This document shows positions 56,692 through 64,000 of a DNA stretch of 64,000 bases, one piece after another. Under the pieces are notes generated by a model. The model was not told the DNA's origin and did not search any database. It was given only the letters and a program-made list of their open reading frames with translations. The translations under genes and the position numbers were made by a program. The stretch is taken from contig DVMV01000018.1 of the NCBI GenBank assembly GCA_018714785.1, forward strand, positions 10,540 through 74,539. The letters are read 5' to 3'. This DNA comes from Candidatus Alloenteromonas pullicola (GTDB lineage: Bacteria; Bacillota_I; Bacilli_A; RFN20; CAG-826). Within the stretch, counting starts at the first letter, position 1. Every line of letters starts with the position of its first letter.

Positions 56692-57341
56692 TCGCCCTAT
56701 TGCTTTCCGACACCGACAAGCGGGTCGCCATCATCGCGGTGGTCATCGCCATCGTGGCCTTTTTCCTGATCGCCGCGATCGGGATCGCGGTGAGGCGCAT
56801 GATGATCCATCAGTCCAAACGGGCCGACTCGATGATGTACGACGTGGTCAAGACCCACGTGGTCACCACCACCTCCGAATTCCGCCGCCTCGGGAGGAAG
56901 AAGAACGCGCGGGCCTTCTACCGCGATTCATTGCTCCCATTCGGCATCGCCTTGCTCGGCGTCGTGATATATCTGATCGCCAACCTCGCCACCGGAAAAT
57001 GGGGCGAGAACATATTCGCCAACTTCGGCGAGCTCTTCATCCAGTACGACTGGCACGCCGAAGGGGTGTGGACCAAGGTGTTCGGCATGACCTTATTGGC
57101 CAGCTGGCCGCCGGTGAGCCACCAGCCGACCTTCGTCTTGTCGCATTTGCCGGACTACATCGAGTGCGTCCTCTTCATCGTGGCGATGGCGCTCTACCTC
57201 TATGCTTGCTTCGGCTACATTTCCCGTTTCTTCCTGCTCAATTCTCGCTCCCGCAGCGTGTTTGAAAAAAGCCTCGCCGGCTATAACGCCAACGAGGACA
57301 TCAAGGTCGACCTCCAGAAGCCGATCCCGCCTAGCGAATGA
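56688..57341 (+). CDS. Membrane protein (3-4 TM), unknown function
   Basis: ATGA overlap with preceding gene; hydrophobic helices. Confidence 0.5.
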   Translation: MIALLLSDTDKRVAIIAVVIAIVAFFLIAAIGIAVRRMMIHQSKRADSMMYDVVKTHVVTTTSEFRRLGRKKNARAFYRDSLLPFGIALLGVVIYLIANLATGKWGENIFANFGELFIQYDWHAEGVWTKVFGMTLLASWPPVSHQPTFVLSHLPDYIECVLFIVAMALYLYACFGYISRFFLLNSRSRSVFEKSLAGYNANEDIKVDLQKPIPPSE

Positions 57342-57483
57342 CCTCCGAATAGGAATCGCGGTTTAGCTCGCCGATATGGCAAACCCCGCCGCCGCAGTCG
57401 CCTCCGGCGCTATTTCTACCGCCACAGGCGGCGAGGCCGAGCATAATCAGGCCCAGCAGCAATCCCAATAGAGCTTTCTTCAT
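57331..57483 (-). CDS. Small (50 aa) cysteine-containing lipoprotein, not in the ORF track (below its length cut-off)
   Basis: Hand translation: MKKALLGLLLGLIMLGLAACGGRNSAGGDCGGGVCHIGELNRDSYSEVIR; signal peptide plus LAAC lipobox; 3' end overlaps the convergent gene by 11 nt. Confidence 0.4.
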   Translation of the reverse strand: MKKALLGLLLGLIMLGLAACGGRNSAGGDCGGGVCHIGELNRDSYSEVIR

Positions 57484-57485
57484 AT

Positions 57486-57944
57486 TCAATCCAGCCAGTT
57501 GTTGGCGAGCATCCAGCCCGCGAAGTATGCCATGCAGACGACCCCCTGCGCGATGTAGGCGATGTTGATGGGGATGATGTCCCCGCTCAGCAACAGGCTC
57601 CTGATCTCGAATAGGAGCACTATCACGAAGACGATGGCCGAGCTTATCGCCGCCAAGGAGGTGAAGGAGATGAACGGCCCCCTGTCCTTGACGAAGCTGA
57701 TGCCGCCGACGCCGGAGGCGATCATGAATAGCCCGATTAGAGGCAGGATGACCATCCAGATTATCGAGTATGGGTCGCTCCAGTCGGTCCCTCCCTCAAC
57801 GAAAAGGCGAATGAAGAAATCGACGATGTTCCATGCCCCGAACAGGAAGAATAGGCAGCTGGTGGCGACGAGCAATATCCGGCCCGCCTTGATCGAGGGG
57901 GCGACCTTGTTCTTCGCCTGCTGCACCTGCGTCGGGGTCTTCAT
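57486..57944 (-). CDS. Membrane protein (4 TM), unknown function
   Basis: The ORF track start is a TTG; ATG at 57944 (MKTPTQVQQ...) preferred. Confidence 0.5.
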   Translation of the reverse strand: MKTPTQVQQAKNKVAPSIKAGRILLVATSCLFFLFGAWNIVDFFIRLFVEGGTDWSDPYSIIWMVILPLIGLFMIASGVGGISFVKDRGPFISFTSLAAISSAIVFVIVLLFEIRSLLLSGDIIPINIAYIAQGVVCMAYFAGWMLANNWLD

Positions 57945-57945
57945 C

Positions 57946-58089
57946 TCAATAGATCCCAAGGCAGAGGTCGACTATCTCCCAAACGAGGAAGCAAGCCACC
58001 ACCAGGCAGGCGGCGAAAATCAGCCAGAATATCCTCTTCCGGCTCACCGCCTTGGTGTCGGCTTCGTTAACCTGCTTCTGCTCTTCCAT
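57946..58089 (-). CDS. Possible small (47 aa) single-TM protein coupled between asnS and the downstream membrane-protein gene
   Basis: Hand translation MEEQKQVNEADTKAVSRKRIFWLIFAACLVVACFLVWEIVDLCLGIY; no clear SD; 1-nt spacing to next ATG. Confidence 0.25.
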   Translation of the reverse strand: MEEQKQVNEADTKAVSRKRIFWLIFAACLVVACFLVWEIVDLCLGIY

Positions 58090-58092
58090 ATA

Positions 58093-59484
58093 TTAGAATT
58101 TTATGTTGGAACTCGTCCGCGGGAAAGGCTCAGAATCGCGGATGTTGGCCACGCCGGTGAAATACATCAGCAACCGGTCGAAGCCGATGCCGAACCCGGA
58201 GTGGATGCAGCCGCCGAAGCGGCGGGTGTCTAGGTACCAGTCTAGATCCTTTAGGTTCCCGGCCTTCTCCATCTTCTTGGTCAATACGTCGAGCCGCTCC
58301 TCGCGCTGGCTGCCGCCGGTGATCTCCCCTTCCCCGGGCACCAGGCAATCGCAGGCCGCGACGGTCTTCCCGTCGTCGTTCTCGCGCATGTAGAAGGCCT
58401 TGATCTCCTTCGGGAAGTCGGTGAGGAACATCGGCCCGCCGACGACCTGCTCGGTGAGGTAGCGCTCGTGCTCTGACTGCAGGTCCAATCCCCAGTAGAT
58501 GTCGCTGACCTCGAACTTGTGCCCGTCCTTGACCGCCTTCTGCAGTATGTCGATGGCCTCGGTGTAGGTCATCCGGCGGAACGGGGTCTTCAGCACGTGG
58601 TTGAGCTTGTCCTTGAGCCCGGGGGCGATCATCTTGTCGAAGAAGTCCATCTCCTTCGGGCAGCGCTTGAAGACGTAGTCGATGCAGAACTTGATGCAGT
58701 CCTCGATGACGTCCATGTCGTCGTCGAGGTCGGCGAAGCACATCTCCGGCTCGATCATCCAGAACTCGGAGGCGTGGCGCGGGGTGTTGGACTTCTCGGC
58801 CCTAAAGGTCGGCCCGAAGGTGTAGACCTTGTTGAAGGCCATGGCGAAAGCCTCGACGTGGAGCTGGCCGGAGACGGTCAGGTGGGTCGGCTTGCCATAG
58901 AAGTCGGTGAGGCTAAGCTTCCCTTCGTCGTCGTTGGTCGCGATGGTGAAGGTCTGCCCCGCCCCCTCGGCGTCGTTGCCGGTGATCTCGGGGGTGTGGA
59001 CGTAGACGAAGCCGTGGCTCTGGAAGTACTCGTGGATGCCGAGGGCCAAGGTCGAGCGGACGCGGTAAAGCGCGAGGAAGGTGTTGGCCCGCGGGCGGAG
59101 GTGGGCGATCTCGCGGAGGTACTCAAACGAGTGCCGCTTCTTCTGCAGCGGGTAGTCCGTCGCGCATTCGCCGAGGACCTTGATGGAGGATACCTTCATC
59201 TCGAAGGGCTGCTTGGCCCCGATGCTCTCCTTGATCTCCCCCACCGCCCTGATGCAGGTGCCGGTGAGGAGGTGGCTCGCGACGTCGTGGTTCTCGAGTT
59301 TGTCGTCGTAGACGAGCTGGAGGTTGTCGAAGCAGGTCCCGTCGTTGAGGCTTACGAAGCCGATGGAGCCGGAGTCGCGGTTGGTCCTGACCCAGCCCTG
59401 GACGGCGGTCTGCCCCTCGGGGAGCTTCCTGTCTTTCTCATAGGCCTCGTAAAGCGAGGCGATCGTGGTGGCTTTCTCTTGCAT
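58093..59484 (-). CDS. asnS: Asparagine--tRNA ligase
   Basis: 463 aa class IIb aaRS; C-terminal GGSQREERLDVL and PFPRT blocks match AsnRS; FRAEKSNTPRHASEFWMIEPE motif 2 region. Confidence 0.9.
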   Translation of the reverse strand: MQEKATTIASLYEAYEKDRKLPEGQTAVQGWVRTNRDSGSIGFVSLNDGTCFDNLQLVYDDKLENHDVASHLLTGTCIRAVGEIKESIGAKQPFEMKVSSIKVLGECATDYPLQKKRHSFEYLREIAHLRPRANTFLALYRVRSTLALGIHEYFQSHGFVYVHTPEITGNDAEGAGQTFTIATNDDEGKLSLTDFYGKPTHLTVSGQLHVEAFAMAFNKVYTFGPTFRAEKSNTPRHASEFWMIEPEMCFADLDDDMDVIEDCIKFCIDYVFKRCPKEMDFFDKMIAPGLKDKLNHVLKTPFRRMTYTEAIDILQKAVKDGHKFEVSDIYWGLDLQSEHERYLTEQVVGGPMFLTDFPKEIKAFYMRENDDGKTVAACDCLVPGEGEITGGSQREERLDVLTKKMEKAGNLKDLDWYLDTRRFGGCIHSGFGIGFDRLLMYFTGVANIRDSEPFPRTSSNIKF

Positions 59485-59507
59485 GGGTTAAGTATATCCT
59501 CCTTTGG

Positions 59508-60521
59508 TTAGAAATCGAGGTAGTGGTCGATCTTCCAGTTGGGGTCGACGCCCAATGTCAGGGGGGCGAAGACCTTCTTCTCGTATAGGTGCTCGGCGAC
59601 CTTGGCGATCATGGCCGCGTTGTCGGTCGTGCACCATAGCGGCGGGATAATCAAGTCGATCCCGGTGTTCTCCAGCACCCGCTTCATCTCCGATCGGAGG
59701 AAGGAGTTGGCCGAGACCCCGCCGGCGAGGACGACCTGCTTGACCTTGAAGTCGAAGGCCGCCTTGGTGGCGCGCTCGACGATCATTCCGATCGCGACGT
59801 CCTGGAAGGACTTCGCCATGTCGGGCACCGAGATCATCTCGCCCTTCATCTTCATCGAGTTGACGAGGTTGATGACCGAGGTCTTCAAGCCGGAGTAGGA
59901 GAAGTCGTATGGACCCTCTGGGGAAGCTGGCGTCGGCAGATGGTAGGCGTGCTTGCCCTCCTTGGCCGCCTTATCGATCGGCAGCCCGCCGGGATAGGGA
60001 AGCCCCAGCACGCGGGCGACCTTGTCGTAGCATTCCCCCACCGCGTCGTCCTTGGTCTCGCCGATGATCTTGAAAGACATCGGCTTATCCATGTAGACCA
60101 GCTCGGTGTTGCCGCCGGAGACGACCACGCAAAGAAGCGGGAACTTGAACTCCCCGACGTACTCGTTGGCGTAGATGTGCCCCGCCAGGTGGTGGACCGG
60201 GATCAGGGGCTTATCGTAGAGCATCGCCAAGGTCTTGGCGGCCTGCAGCCCCACGTGGAGGCAGCCGATTAGCCCGGGGCCGCGGGTGACGGCGAAGGCG
60301 TCGATGTCCTTGAAGGAGAGGTGGGCCTCGTCTATCGCCTGCTGGAGGCAGAAGCAGATGTTCTCGCAGTGCAGCCTGGAGGCGATCTCCGGCATGACGC
60401 CGCCGTATTTCTCGTGGACCGATATCTGGGTGGCCACGACCGAGGATAGGAGCTTCCCGTCTTCGATGATCGCGACCGCGGTCTCGTCGCAGCTCGACTC
60501 TATTGCCAAGATCTTAGCCAT
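59508..60521 (-). CDS. tsaD: tRNA N6-adenosine threonylcarbamoyltransferase
   Basis: Kae1/TsaD blocks (AIESSCDETAVAI, metal-binding HxxxH region); 337 aa. Confidence 0.9.
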   Translation of the reverse strand: MAKILAIESSCDETAVAIIEDGKLLSSVVATQISVHEKYGGVMPEIASRLHCENICFCLQQAIDEAHLSFKDIDAFAVTRGPGLIGCLHVGLQAAKTLAMLYDKPLIPVHHLAGHIYANEYVGEFKFPLLCVVVSGGNTELVYMDKPMSFKIIGETKDDAVGECYDKVARVLGLPYPGGLPIDKAAKEGKHAYHLPTPASPEGPYDFSYSGLKTSVINLVNSMKMKGEMISVPDMAKSFQDVAIGMIVERATKAAFDFKVKQVVLAGGVSANSFLRSEMKRVLENTGIDLIIPPLWCTTDNAAMIAKVAEHLYEKKVFAPLTLGVDPNWKIDHYLDF

Positions 60522-61575
60522 TGATGACGCTCCTTACCATGTAGACGGCGTCCTCGCCGTCGTCGTAATAGCCCTTCTTCGTGAGGATCTCCTCGAAGCA
60601 GTGGCGCTTGTAGAACCTTATGGCCCGCTCGTTGGACTTCCTGACCTCGAGGGTGAGGTACTCGACCGGGTCCTTCTGGGCGCGGCAGTCCTTGAGCAGC
60701 TGCCCGATGAGCATGTTGCCGATGCCCTTGCCCCGCATCTCCTCCTTGACCGCTATCTGGGAGATGGTGGCCGAGTTGAAGGTGATCATGAAGTCGATGA
60801 AGCCGACGACCTCGGCGTCGACCAGGGCCGAGTAGAGGTAGCCGACCGGGTTCTCGTTGAGCTCGTAGAGCATCTGCTCCCGGGAATACGGGTGCTTGAA
60901 GCTCTTCTCCTCGATGGCCATGATGGCGTCGAGGTCGCTTGGCAGCGTGCGGCGGATGGTGACCTTGAACTTGCCCTTCTCGTAGTCGTCTTTGAGGTAG
61001 ACCGGCTTGGCTCCCATCGGGTTATCGCAGAGGTGATCATCGTCCAAGTGCAGCAAAAGGTTTTCCGCCACGTCGGCGCGGTAGCCTTGACTGCCTAGGT
61101 AGGCGCAGTCGCCGCAAAGGGTGAGCGATGGGTCGGAATCGATTAGGGACAGCAATTCGGAGTTCTCCATTATGCAGTCCTTGCGCAGGCATTTCCCGTC
61201 CTCGTATATCCCGACGTAGCTCCGCTTCCCCCTGGCGTTACACACGCATAGGCTCTTGCATCCGGGTTTTGCGAGGCTTTCCAGCGAAGAGGAGAGGTAA
61301 AGCGGGGTCTGCAGCGCCAGGCAGATCGTCTTGGCGATGGTCAGGGCGATCCTCACGCCGGTGTAGGAGCCCGGCCCGATGCAGGTCGAGACGGCGCTGA
61401 TGGCGGTCCGGCTTATCGAGTGGGCGTCGAGCAGCTTGGCGATCTCATCGACCAAGAACTCGCTCTGCCGCTGCCAGGCCTCGATGGTCTTGGTGGCCTT
61501 GATCTCCCCATCGACCATCAAGCCGACCGAAAGGGCCTTGTCGCTCGAATCAAGGGAAAGTACGACTTTGCTCAT
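60514..61575 (-). CDS. tsaB: Fusion of TsaB (YeaZ, inactive Kae1 homologue) N-terminal domain and RimI-type GNAT acetyltransferase C-terminal domain
   Basis: N-terminal VLSLDSSDKALSVGL...GPGSYTGVRIAL (TsaB); C-terminal GNAT motif QIAVKEEMRGKGIGNMLI (RimI-like); 353 aa. Confidence 0.75.
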   Translation of the reverse strand: MSKVVLSLDSSDKALSVGLMVDGEIKATKTIEAWQRQSEFLVDEIAKLLDAHSISRTAISAVSTCIGPGSYTGVRIALTIAKTICLALQTPLYLSSSLESLAKPGCKSLCVCNARGKRSYVGIYEDGKCLRKDCIMENSELLSLIDSDPSLTLCGDCAYLGSQGYRADVAENLLLHLDDDHLCDNPMGAKPVYLKDDYEKGKFKVTIRRTLPSDLDAIMAIEEKSFKHPYSREQMLYELNENPVGYLYSALVDAEVVGFIDFMITFNSATISQIAVKEEMRGKGIGNMLIGQLLKDCRAQKDPVEYLTLEVRKSNERAIRFYKRHCFEEILTKKGYYDDGEDAVYMVRSVING

Positions 61576-62033
61576 TTCGCTAGCTCCTCGAGCATCTGCT
61601 CGTATCTTGGCCCTTTGGCGGAGAGCTTCACCTCCCGCGAATCGCCGCCGAGGTTGCGGATCTCTATCTCCAGGTGCTCATCGGGGATGAGGTCGGCGAT
61701 ATATGACGGCCACTCGATGAAGCAGGCCCCATCGCCCTCGATGTACTCGTCCAGACCAATCTCGATGTTCTGCCCCTCGAGGCGGTAGGCGTCGATGTGG
61801 TAGAGGGAAAGCGGCGAGTGGAAATAGCATTTCATGATGTTGAAGGTCGGGGAAAGGACCGGCTCGTCGATGCCGAGCCCCTTCGCCACCCCGCCGACCA
61901 GGGTGGTCTTGCCAGCCCCGAGGTCGCCGGAAAGAAGTATCACATCGCCGGGCCTAAGCGCGGCGGCGATGCGCTTGCCAAGCTCGACGGTGTCTTGCTT
62001 GCTGCTTGACTTGAGGATAAGGGAATCCATCAT
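61572..62033 (-). CDS. tsaE: tRNA threonylcarbamoyladenosine biosynthesis ATPase TsaE
   Basis: P-loop LSGDLGAGKTT; 153 aa; position in the tsaE-tsaB-rimI-tsaD cluster. Confidence 0.85.
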   Translation of the reverse strand: MMDSLILKSSSKQDTVELGKRIAAALRPGDVILLSGDLGAGKTTLVGGVAKGLGIDEPVLSPTFNIMKCYFHSPLSLYHIDAYRLEGQNIEIGLDEYIEGDGACFIEWPSYIADLIPDEHLEIEIRNLGGDSREVKLSAKGPRYEQMLEELAK

Positions 62034-62593
62034 TGTCCCTCCTTTTTCTTGAATGGCTTGTTCTCGGCGAGGAAGCGGTCGTAGAGGGCCTTGATGTCCT
62101 CGTCGACGAAGGGGAATTCGCGCCGGGCGATCATCCCCTTGACCTCATCCATCGACTTCTCTATGGCCCTGCTTAGCTCCTTCGAGTAGCCATAGCTCGC
62201 GGCGTGGCAGGCGTATTCGTTTATGTCGAGCGTCTTCTCCGCCCCGTCGGGGTAGAGCTTCACGTCGAGGTCATAGTCGATGTATTTGAGCATCCCGTGG
62301 TCCTTGATCGTCGGGGAGGCGATGTTGACGTAGTAGCAGATGCCCCAGTCCTTCTTGAACATCGCGATGACGTTCATCCACCGCTTCTTGAACAATATGA
62401 AGGCGGCGTGCTCCTTGGTTATCCACTTCCGCCCATCGGACTCGGTGACGCAGGAGGCTTTGGAGCATATCGCATAGTAATCCGGGGTCTCCGAAACCAA
62501 ATAGGCGGGGGACCATTGCCGATGGAGCTTCCCATCGTGCTTATACGCCTGGACCTTTATCCAGCGCGCCAATCTGCTATCGTGTGAAATCAT
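62030..62593 (-). CDS. DUF402 family nucleoside tri/diphosphatase (Ntdp-like)
   Basis: High similarity to staphylococcal Ntdp blocks: IKVQAYKHDGKLHRQW, VTESDGRKWITKE, LKYIDYDLDVKLYPDG. Confidence 0.7.
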   Translation of the reverse strand: MISHDSRLARWIKVQAYKHDGKLHRQWSPAYLVSETPDYYAICSKASCVTESDGRKWITKEHAAFILFKKRWMNVIAMFKKDWGICYYVNIASPTIKDHGMLKYIDYDLDVKLYPDGAEKTLDINEYACHAASYGYSKELSRAIEKSMDEVKGMIARREFPFVDEDIKALYDRFLAENKPFKKKEGQ

Positions 62594-62671
62594 AAATAAC
62601 GGCCAACGTCAGTACGGCGCTAATTATAAAGCCTATGGCTTTTAGGTAAAGTGCCGGGCGGGAAATGGGCA

Positions 62672-62705
62672 ACGAAAAAGCCGGAAGTGTATCGTTCCGG
62701 CTTTG
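62672..62705 (-). terminator. Rho-independent terminator (AGCCGGAA-loop-TTCCGGCT flanked by A5/T-rich runs)
   Basis: Read directly; just downstream of the 62708..63880 gene on the minus strand. Confidence 0.55.
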
Positions 62706-62707
62706 TT

Positions 62708-63880
62708 TTATAGTTTGGTGGCCAGGTCGAGGAACTTCTTGAGGTCCTCTTTGTAGCGCTTGAGGTAGGCGGGGTCGAACGGCTTGTCGATCTGGAACAT
62801 CATCAAGGTGTCCTCGTAGCCGAGCGCCCAGTAGGTCTTGCCGCTTTTGAAGGAGATGGCGACGTCGATGAGCAGGTTGTCGGTGTGGATGGCGGCGATG
62901 CCCTGGCGGAGCTCCTTGGTTATGAGCTTCTTGTTCTCCTTGTTCCCGAAGATGCAGTAGCGCTTGTTGTCCTCGAGGCACTCGACCTCCTTCTGGTAGA
63001 GGAAGGAAGGCGGGGTCGAGCGGGGTCCGCCCTTGACGTAGACGTAAAGCCCGCCGTCTTTGACTTCGAGGTGGTTGGTGGTGGTCAATAGCTTCCCGAC
63101 GAAGACGGTCATCATGCCCTTCTCCGTCTTCGCCTCGGCGGCGCAGTCGCAGACGGTGCAATCCATCTCGCCATAGGCGAAGGTCCGCATGTCGCGGGAT
63201 CCGACGTTGAGCTCGCCGTCGTGGCGCGAGCAGGCGCCGTACATATCGGTGGCCTTGAACTCCTCGGTGGACAGCTTGTCCTCCATCTTGCCCTTCACAT
63301 CATTGGCCCCAAGGCCGTCGTAGAGGTAGCCGTCGGTCTCGTCGGTGTATAGGCGCATGTACTCCAGCTGCGCGGCCTCGCGGGCCTTGCGCTGAAAGAT
63401 GCCATAGACGATGACCGCGATCGCGGTGGCAACGGCGAAGGCGAGCCCTAGGTAAAGCGGGAGCTTGCCAGCATCTTTTATGGCGAATTGCGGGACGAGC
63501 CAGCCGATGAGGACGGCGGTGATGCCGATCCCGATTATGCCGGCCCTCCAGTAGGACCACTTCTTGGCGATCTTGACGAACTTCTTCCGGGCCTGCTCGA
63601 TCTTGGCGAAGCGCTCGTCGTCGTATTCGACGTCCCCTTTGGCGTCGCGTTTGGACGGCTCGACCTTCTCGGCGCTCTCGCCCTCTTCCAGCTGCTTATG
63701 CACGTCAATCGGGGCGGGTGAGGGCTCTTTCTTTTCTTCCGGCTTCTCCTCCTCTTTGGCCGGGGTGAACTTAACGGAGTCGGCGAAATCGTCGTCTTCC
63801 GCCTCCTCTATCTTCTTCTCAGGCTCGGCCTCCTTGGCTTCTTCTTCCTCTGGGGCCAGCTTGTTGTCTTTCTCTTCCAT
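62708..63880 (-). CDS. Membrane protein with acidic/Lys-rich disordered N-terminus, two TM helices and Cys-containing C-terminal domain; unknown function
   Basis: AAGGAA RBS; N-terminal EEEEAKEAEPEKK low complexity; TM WSYWRAGIIGIGITAVLIGWLV and LPLYLGLAFAVATAIAVIVYGIF; CSRHDG...CTVCDC...C pattern. Confidence 0.55.
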   Translation of the reverse strand: MEEKDNKLAPEEEEAKEAEPEKKIEEAEDDDFADSVKFTPAKEEEKPEEKKEPSPAPIDVHKQLEEGESAEKVEPSKRDAKGDVEYDDERFAKIEQARKKFVKIAKKWSYWRAGIIGIGITAVLIGWLVPQFAIKDAGKLPLYLGLAFAVATAIAVIVYGIFQRKAREAAQLEYMRLYTDETDGYLYDGLGANDVKGKMEDKLSTEEFKATDMYGACSRHDGELNVGSRDMRTFAYGEMDCTVCDCAAEAKTEKGMMTVFVGKLLTTTNHLEVKDGGLYVYVKGGPRSTPPSFLYQKEVECLEDNKRYCIFGNKENKKLITKELRQGIAAIHTDNLLIDVAISFKSGKTYWALGYEDTLMMFQIDKPFDPAYLKRYKEDLKKFLDLATKL

Positions 63881-64000
63881 TTGCTATTTCCTTTTTGGCA
63901 ATAGGCAATATATCACCTCTAAGGCAAAAGTCATCAAAAAAGGGGCTTGCTTCATATAGGGAATTGCCGGAAAACGTGGCTTCAAGCAGCAACGCAAAAG

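Overview
This 64 kb window appears GC-rich by eye (not computed) and is densely coding. Almost every gene is on the minus strand, and many adjacent genes overlap in ATGA or TGATG start/stop arrangements. Roughly the first 45 kb is a carbohydrate-utilisation island; the last ~19 kb is a housekeeping block.

Island, in order of position:
(i) A GH65 disaccharide phosphorylase and an SGNH-hydrolase lipoprotein. Next to them sit three tandem paralogues of an unrecognised protein family: two cytoplasmic and one a secreted lipoprotein. A divergently transcribed DeoR regulator lies upstream.
(ii) A large surface protein with a signal peptide and a C-terminal TM-KKRKK anchor.
(iii) A beta-phosphoglucomutase and a LacI regulator. 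They are followed by a long co-directional cluster: SASA-type acetylesterase lipoprotein, cytoplasmic GH43, small CxxC lipoprotein, GH36 alpha-galactosidase, and two BIG2-domain lipoproteins. The cluster continues with a MsmK-type ABC ATPase, two permeases, a solute-binding lipoprotein and two GH43 lipoproteins.
(iv) A fructan (levan/inulin) locus of about 17.6 kb, read as one putative operon from a near-consensus sigma-A promoter with an 18-bp perfect palindromic operator. It encodes a solute-binding lipoprotein, two permeases and three GH32 enzymes. One GH32 is a LamG-fused lipoprotein with non-canonical catalytic motifs, one is a CBM-fused lipoprotein, and one is cytoplasmic. It also encodes two surface proteins built from repeated CBM-like modules, one lipoprotein and one C-terminally TM-anchored. 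The operon ends with a LacI regulator, fructokinase, a YesL-like membrane protein and a second MsmK-type ATPase carrying a ~260-aa C-terminal extension.

Housekeeping block: an alpha/beta hydrolase, galE, a Lys-rich hypothetical, gatB-gatA-gatC, ligA and pcrA. A plus-strand trio of membrane proteins follows, then small unannotated lipoprotein and TM ORFs, asnS, tsaD, a tsaB-rimI fusion, tsaE, a DUF402 (Ntdp-like) gene and a membrane protein with an acidic disordered tail.

No rRNA, tRNA, CRISPR array or mobile element was recognised. The gatCAB-ligA-pcrA synteny, the abundance of lipoproteins and the TM-anchored surface proteins point to a monoderm, Firmicutes/Tenericutes-like organism. This is inference only.

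The most unusual elements are the uncharacterised paralogue triad, the multi-CBM surface proteins with the divergent GH32, and the extended MsmK ATPases.
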